Shown here one piece after another: positions 43,601-46,600 of a stretch of 64,000 nucleotides of DNA. This DNA is from an uncultured Pseudohongiella sp. GTDB taxonomy: Bacteria > Pseudomonadota > Gammaproteobacteria > Pseudomonadales > Pseudohongiellaceae. The notes below the pieces were generated by a model. It was given only the letters and a program-made list of their open reading frames with translations. It had not been told where the DNA came from and did no database searches. The stretch is from positions 922,046 through 986,045 of the forward strand of contig OZ244859.1 in assembly GCA_965221015.1 (NCBI GenBank). The letters run 5' to 3'. Numbering within the stretch: the stretch's first letter is position 1; every line of letters begins with the position of its first letter. A program made the position numbers and the translations under genes.

Positions 43601-46600
43601 GGCGGTACGGTGAACGACACGTTCACGCTGACGGTCACGGCCGCGCCGCCGACCAACACCCCGCCGACGGCTTCCGACAATACCGTCACCACGGATGAGG
43701 ACACCGCCTACACCTTCGACGCCGCCGACTTCAACTTCAGCGACGTGGACAGCGGCGACACCCTCGCCAGCGTCAAGATCACCGGCCTCGAAACCGCCGG
43801 CGCCTTGCAACTGAGCGGCGCCGACGTGACCCGGGACCAGGTGATCACCGCCGCCAACATCGACGCCGACAACCTGACCTTCACCCCGGCCGCCAACGCC
43901 AACGGCGACCCCTACGCGACCTTCCGGTTCTCGGTTAACGACGGCGAAGCCGACAGCACGGCGTCCTACACCATGACCATCGACGTGACGCCGGTGAACG
44001 ACGCGCCCACCGTGGCCAACGCCATTCCGGACCAGACCGCGATTGTGGCCAGCGCCTTCAGCTACGCCTTCCCGGCGGACACCTTCACGGACGTCGACAA
44101 CGACAGCTTGACTTACACCGCGCAGCAGTCTAACGGTACCGCGCTGCCGACCTGGTTGAGCTTTACCGCCGCCACGCGCACCTTCTCCGGCACGCCGCAG
44201 ACAGCGGACGAAGGCACGCTCTCGGTGCAAGTGACGGCGAACGACGGCAACAACGGCCAAGTCTCGGATACCTTCGACATCACGGTCGTGGGCACGCCGG
44301 ACGCGCCCACCGGCCTGACCGCGACAGCAGGCGACGGACAGGTCAGCCTGAGCTGGAACAACCCGACCGATTCCAGCATCACCAGGTACCAGCTCCGCTA
44401 CGGCGCCGGCGCCACCGTGCCCGACAGCGCCACCTGGGCGGACATCGGCGGCAGCGGCGCCGCAACCACGTCCCACACGGTGACCGGCCTGTCCAACGGC
44501 ACGCAATACGCCTTCGAGATTCGCGCGGTCAACGCCGCCGGCAACAGCGACGCCTCCGATACCGCAACCGCAACCCCGGCAGCCTCCGGCGGTGGTGGCG
44601 GCGGCGGCGGTGGCGGCACCGACCTGACGCCCACATTTGGCAATGCGGAGATTGCCGACCTGAGCTTCACCAAGGACGAGGCCATCGAAACGCTGACGCT
44701 GCCCCGGGCAACCAGCGGCAACGGTACGCTGACCTACAGCCTCAGCCCGGCCCTGCCGGCGGGCCTCAGCTTCAACGCAGCGACCAGACAGCTATCCGGC
44801 ACGCCGACCGAAGCATTCGCGCAAACCGAGTTCAGCTACACCGCCACCGACGTCGACGGCGACAGCGCCACGTTGACCTTCAACATCACCGTGGTGGAAG
44901 CGGACGTGGCCCCGAGCTTCGGCGACGCATCCATAGCCGACCAGAACTACATCCAAAACGCGGCCATCGATCCGCTGACCCTGCCCGAAGCGACAGGCGG
45001 CAACGGAACCTTGAGCTACAGCCTCGAACCAGCCGCGCCGGCGGGCCTGAGCCTGGATGCCGCCGCGCGAATCCTGAGCGGAACGCCGACCGAAGCCCAA
45101 GCCGCCGGTGGCTACACCTGGACCGCCACCGACGAAGACGGCGACACGGCCAGCCTCAGCTTCAGCATCCGAGTCGCCGCCGCGCTCAGTCTGGCCGGTG
45201 TGGCCGATACCGAGGTCGCGGAGAACAACGCCTACAGCGCCGAGGCCACACTCGAAGGCACCCCGCTGGGCGAAGTCGCCTGGAGCCTGACAGGCGCCGA
45301 CGCGGCCCTGTTCGCACTGACGAATGAAAGCGGCGGTGGCGCAACCGTGTCGCTGGCCGCGCAAGACTTCGAAAACCCGGCCGACGCCGACGGCAACAAC
45401 ACCTATGTCTACAGCCTGAGCGCCACCGACGCCGACGGCAACAGCGTAAGCCGGCGCGCGGTGGTCACCGTGACCGATGTGCGCGAAGCCGTGGAACTGA
45501 CGGTGGCTGGTTTGTCCGGCGGTTCGGCCGACGTGGCGGAAAACGCACCCTACAGCGACACGGCGACATTGGAAGGCACCCCCGTGGGCGCTGTCGAATG
45601 GTCGCTGACCGGCCCCGACGCCGCCCTGTTCAGCCTGTCCGGTGAAAGCGACAGCGGCGTGACAGTTTCGCTGCCCGCCCAGGATTTCGAGAATCCGGCG
45701 GACGCCAATGGCGACAATGCGTACCAGTACACCTTGACCGCCACCGATGCCGACGGCAATGTCGCCACGCTCGAAGTGACCGTCCGCATCACCGACGAAG
45801 CCGACACCGCGACCGTGCCCCAGGCGCCGGCCGCGCCAAGGCTCGAAGCCGGCGACAAGCGCATCGCTGTGGCCTGGTCCGCGCCGGCGGATGACGGCGG
45901 CAGCGCCATCACCGGCTACACCGTGCAGTGGAAGCCGGCCGCCGCCAGCTGGCCGCAGCCCGCGCCGGACAACAGCGCCAACCTGGGCGCCAACGCAAGC
46001 AGCTTCACCATTGACGGCCTGGTCAACGGCACCACCTACGAAGTGCGCGTCCTGGCGCGCAACGCGGTCGGCGACGGCGCCTGGTCCGATGCGTCCCGCG
46101 CCACGCCGATGGCGGTGACGGATGTTTCGCGCCTCTACAGCGACGTGAACGAAGCCCTGCTGCCGCGCATCGGCCAGACCATCCTCGACGGTTCGATCAC
46201 CGCCGTGCGGAACCGGCTCGACTTGGTCGGCCAGCCGACACCCGCGCCCGAAGAAAGCAGCTTCGTGGCGAATTTCGGCGGCTACCGCTTCACCGGCGCG
46301 GCACCGCAAACCTACAACTACAACCAGCCCGCCGCGGGCTTCACCATCGGCGACGACCGGCTCGCGCTCGCGCTCGCGCTGGATGAGCTGGATCTGCCGG
46401 CGGCCAACTCGATGCCGGGCTTGCAAGGCATGCGCGACAGCGGCGTCTTCGGCCTGGCGACCAGCGGTCCAAACTCCGCGGCCAATGTCGAAGGCGCCAG
46501 CAACATGGGCGGCGCGGCCGGCCGGCGCGGAACCTCCGCCGCGGGCGGCATGGGCCGCAGCGGTGGAAGCTCCGGCATGGGTGGCATGGGCCGTTCGGCT

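Noticed and set aside
19514-44506. Other long antisense or off-frame ORFs inside the giant gene. Examples are 19514..23200 (-), 26204..29827 (-), 39395..44506 (-), 10901..12097 (-), 12581..13933 (-), 23423..25264 (-), 44792..46426 (-), 46742..47911 (-), and the many 60-400-aa + strand off-frame ORFs.
   Set aside because: Same reasoning as for the 3067-aa ORF. They are compositional shadow ORFs, repeated wherever the sense repeats are repeated, and they are Arg/Gly/Pro-rich or Ser/Val/Thr-rich nonsense.
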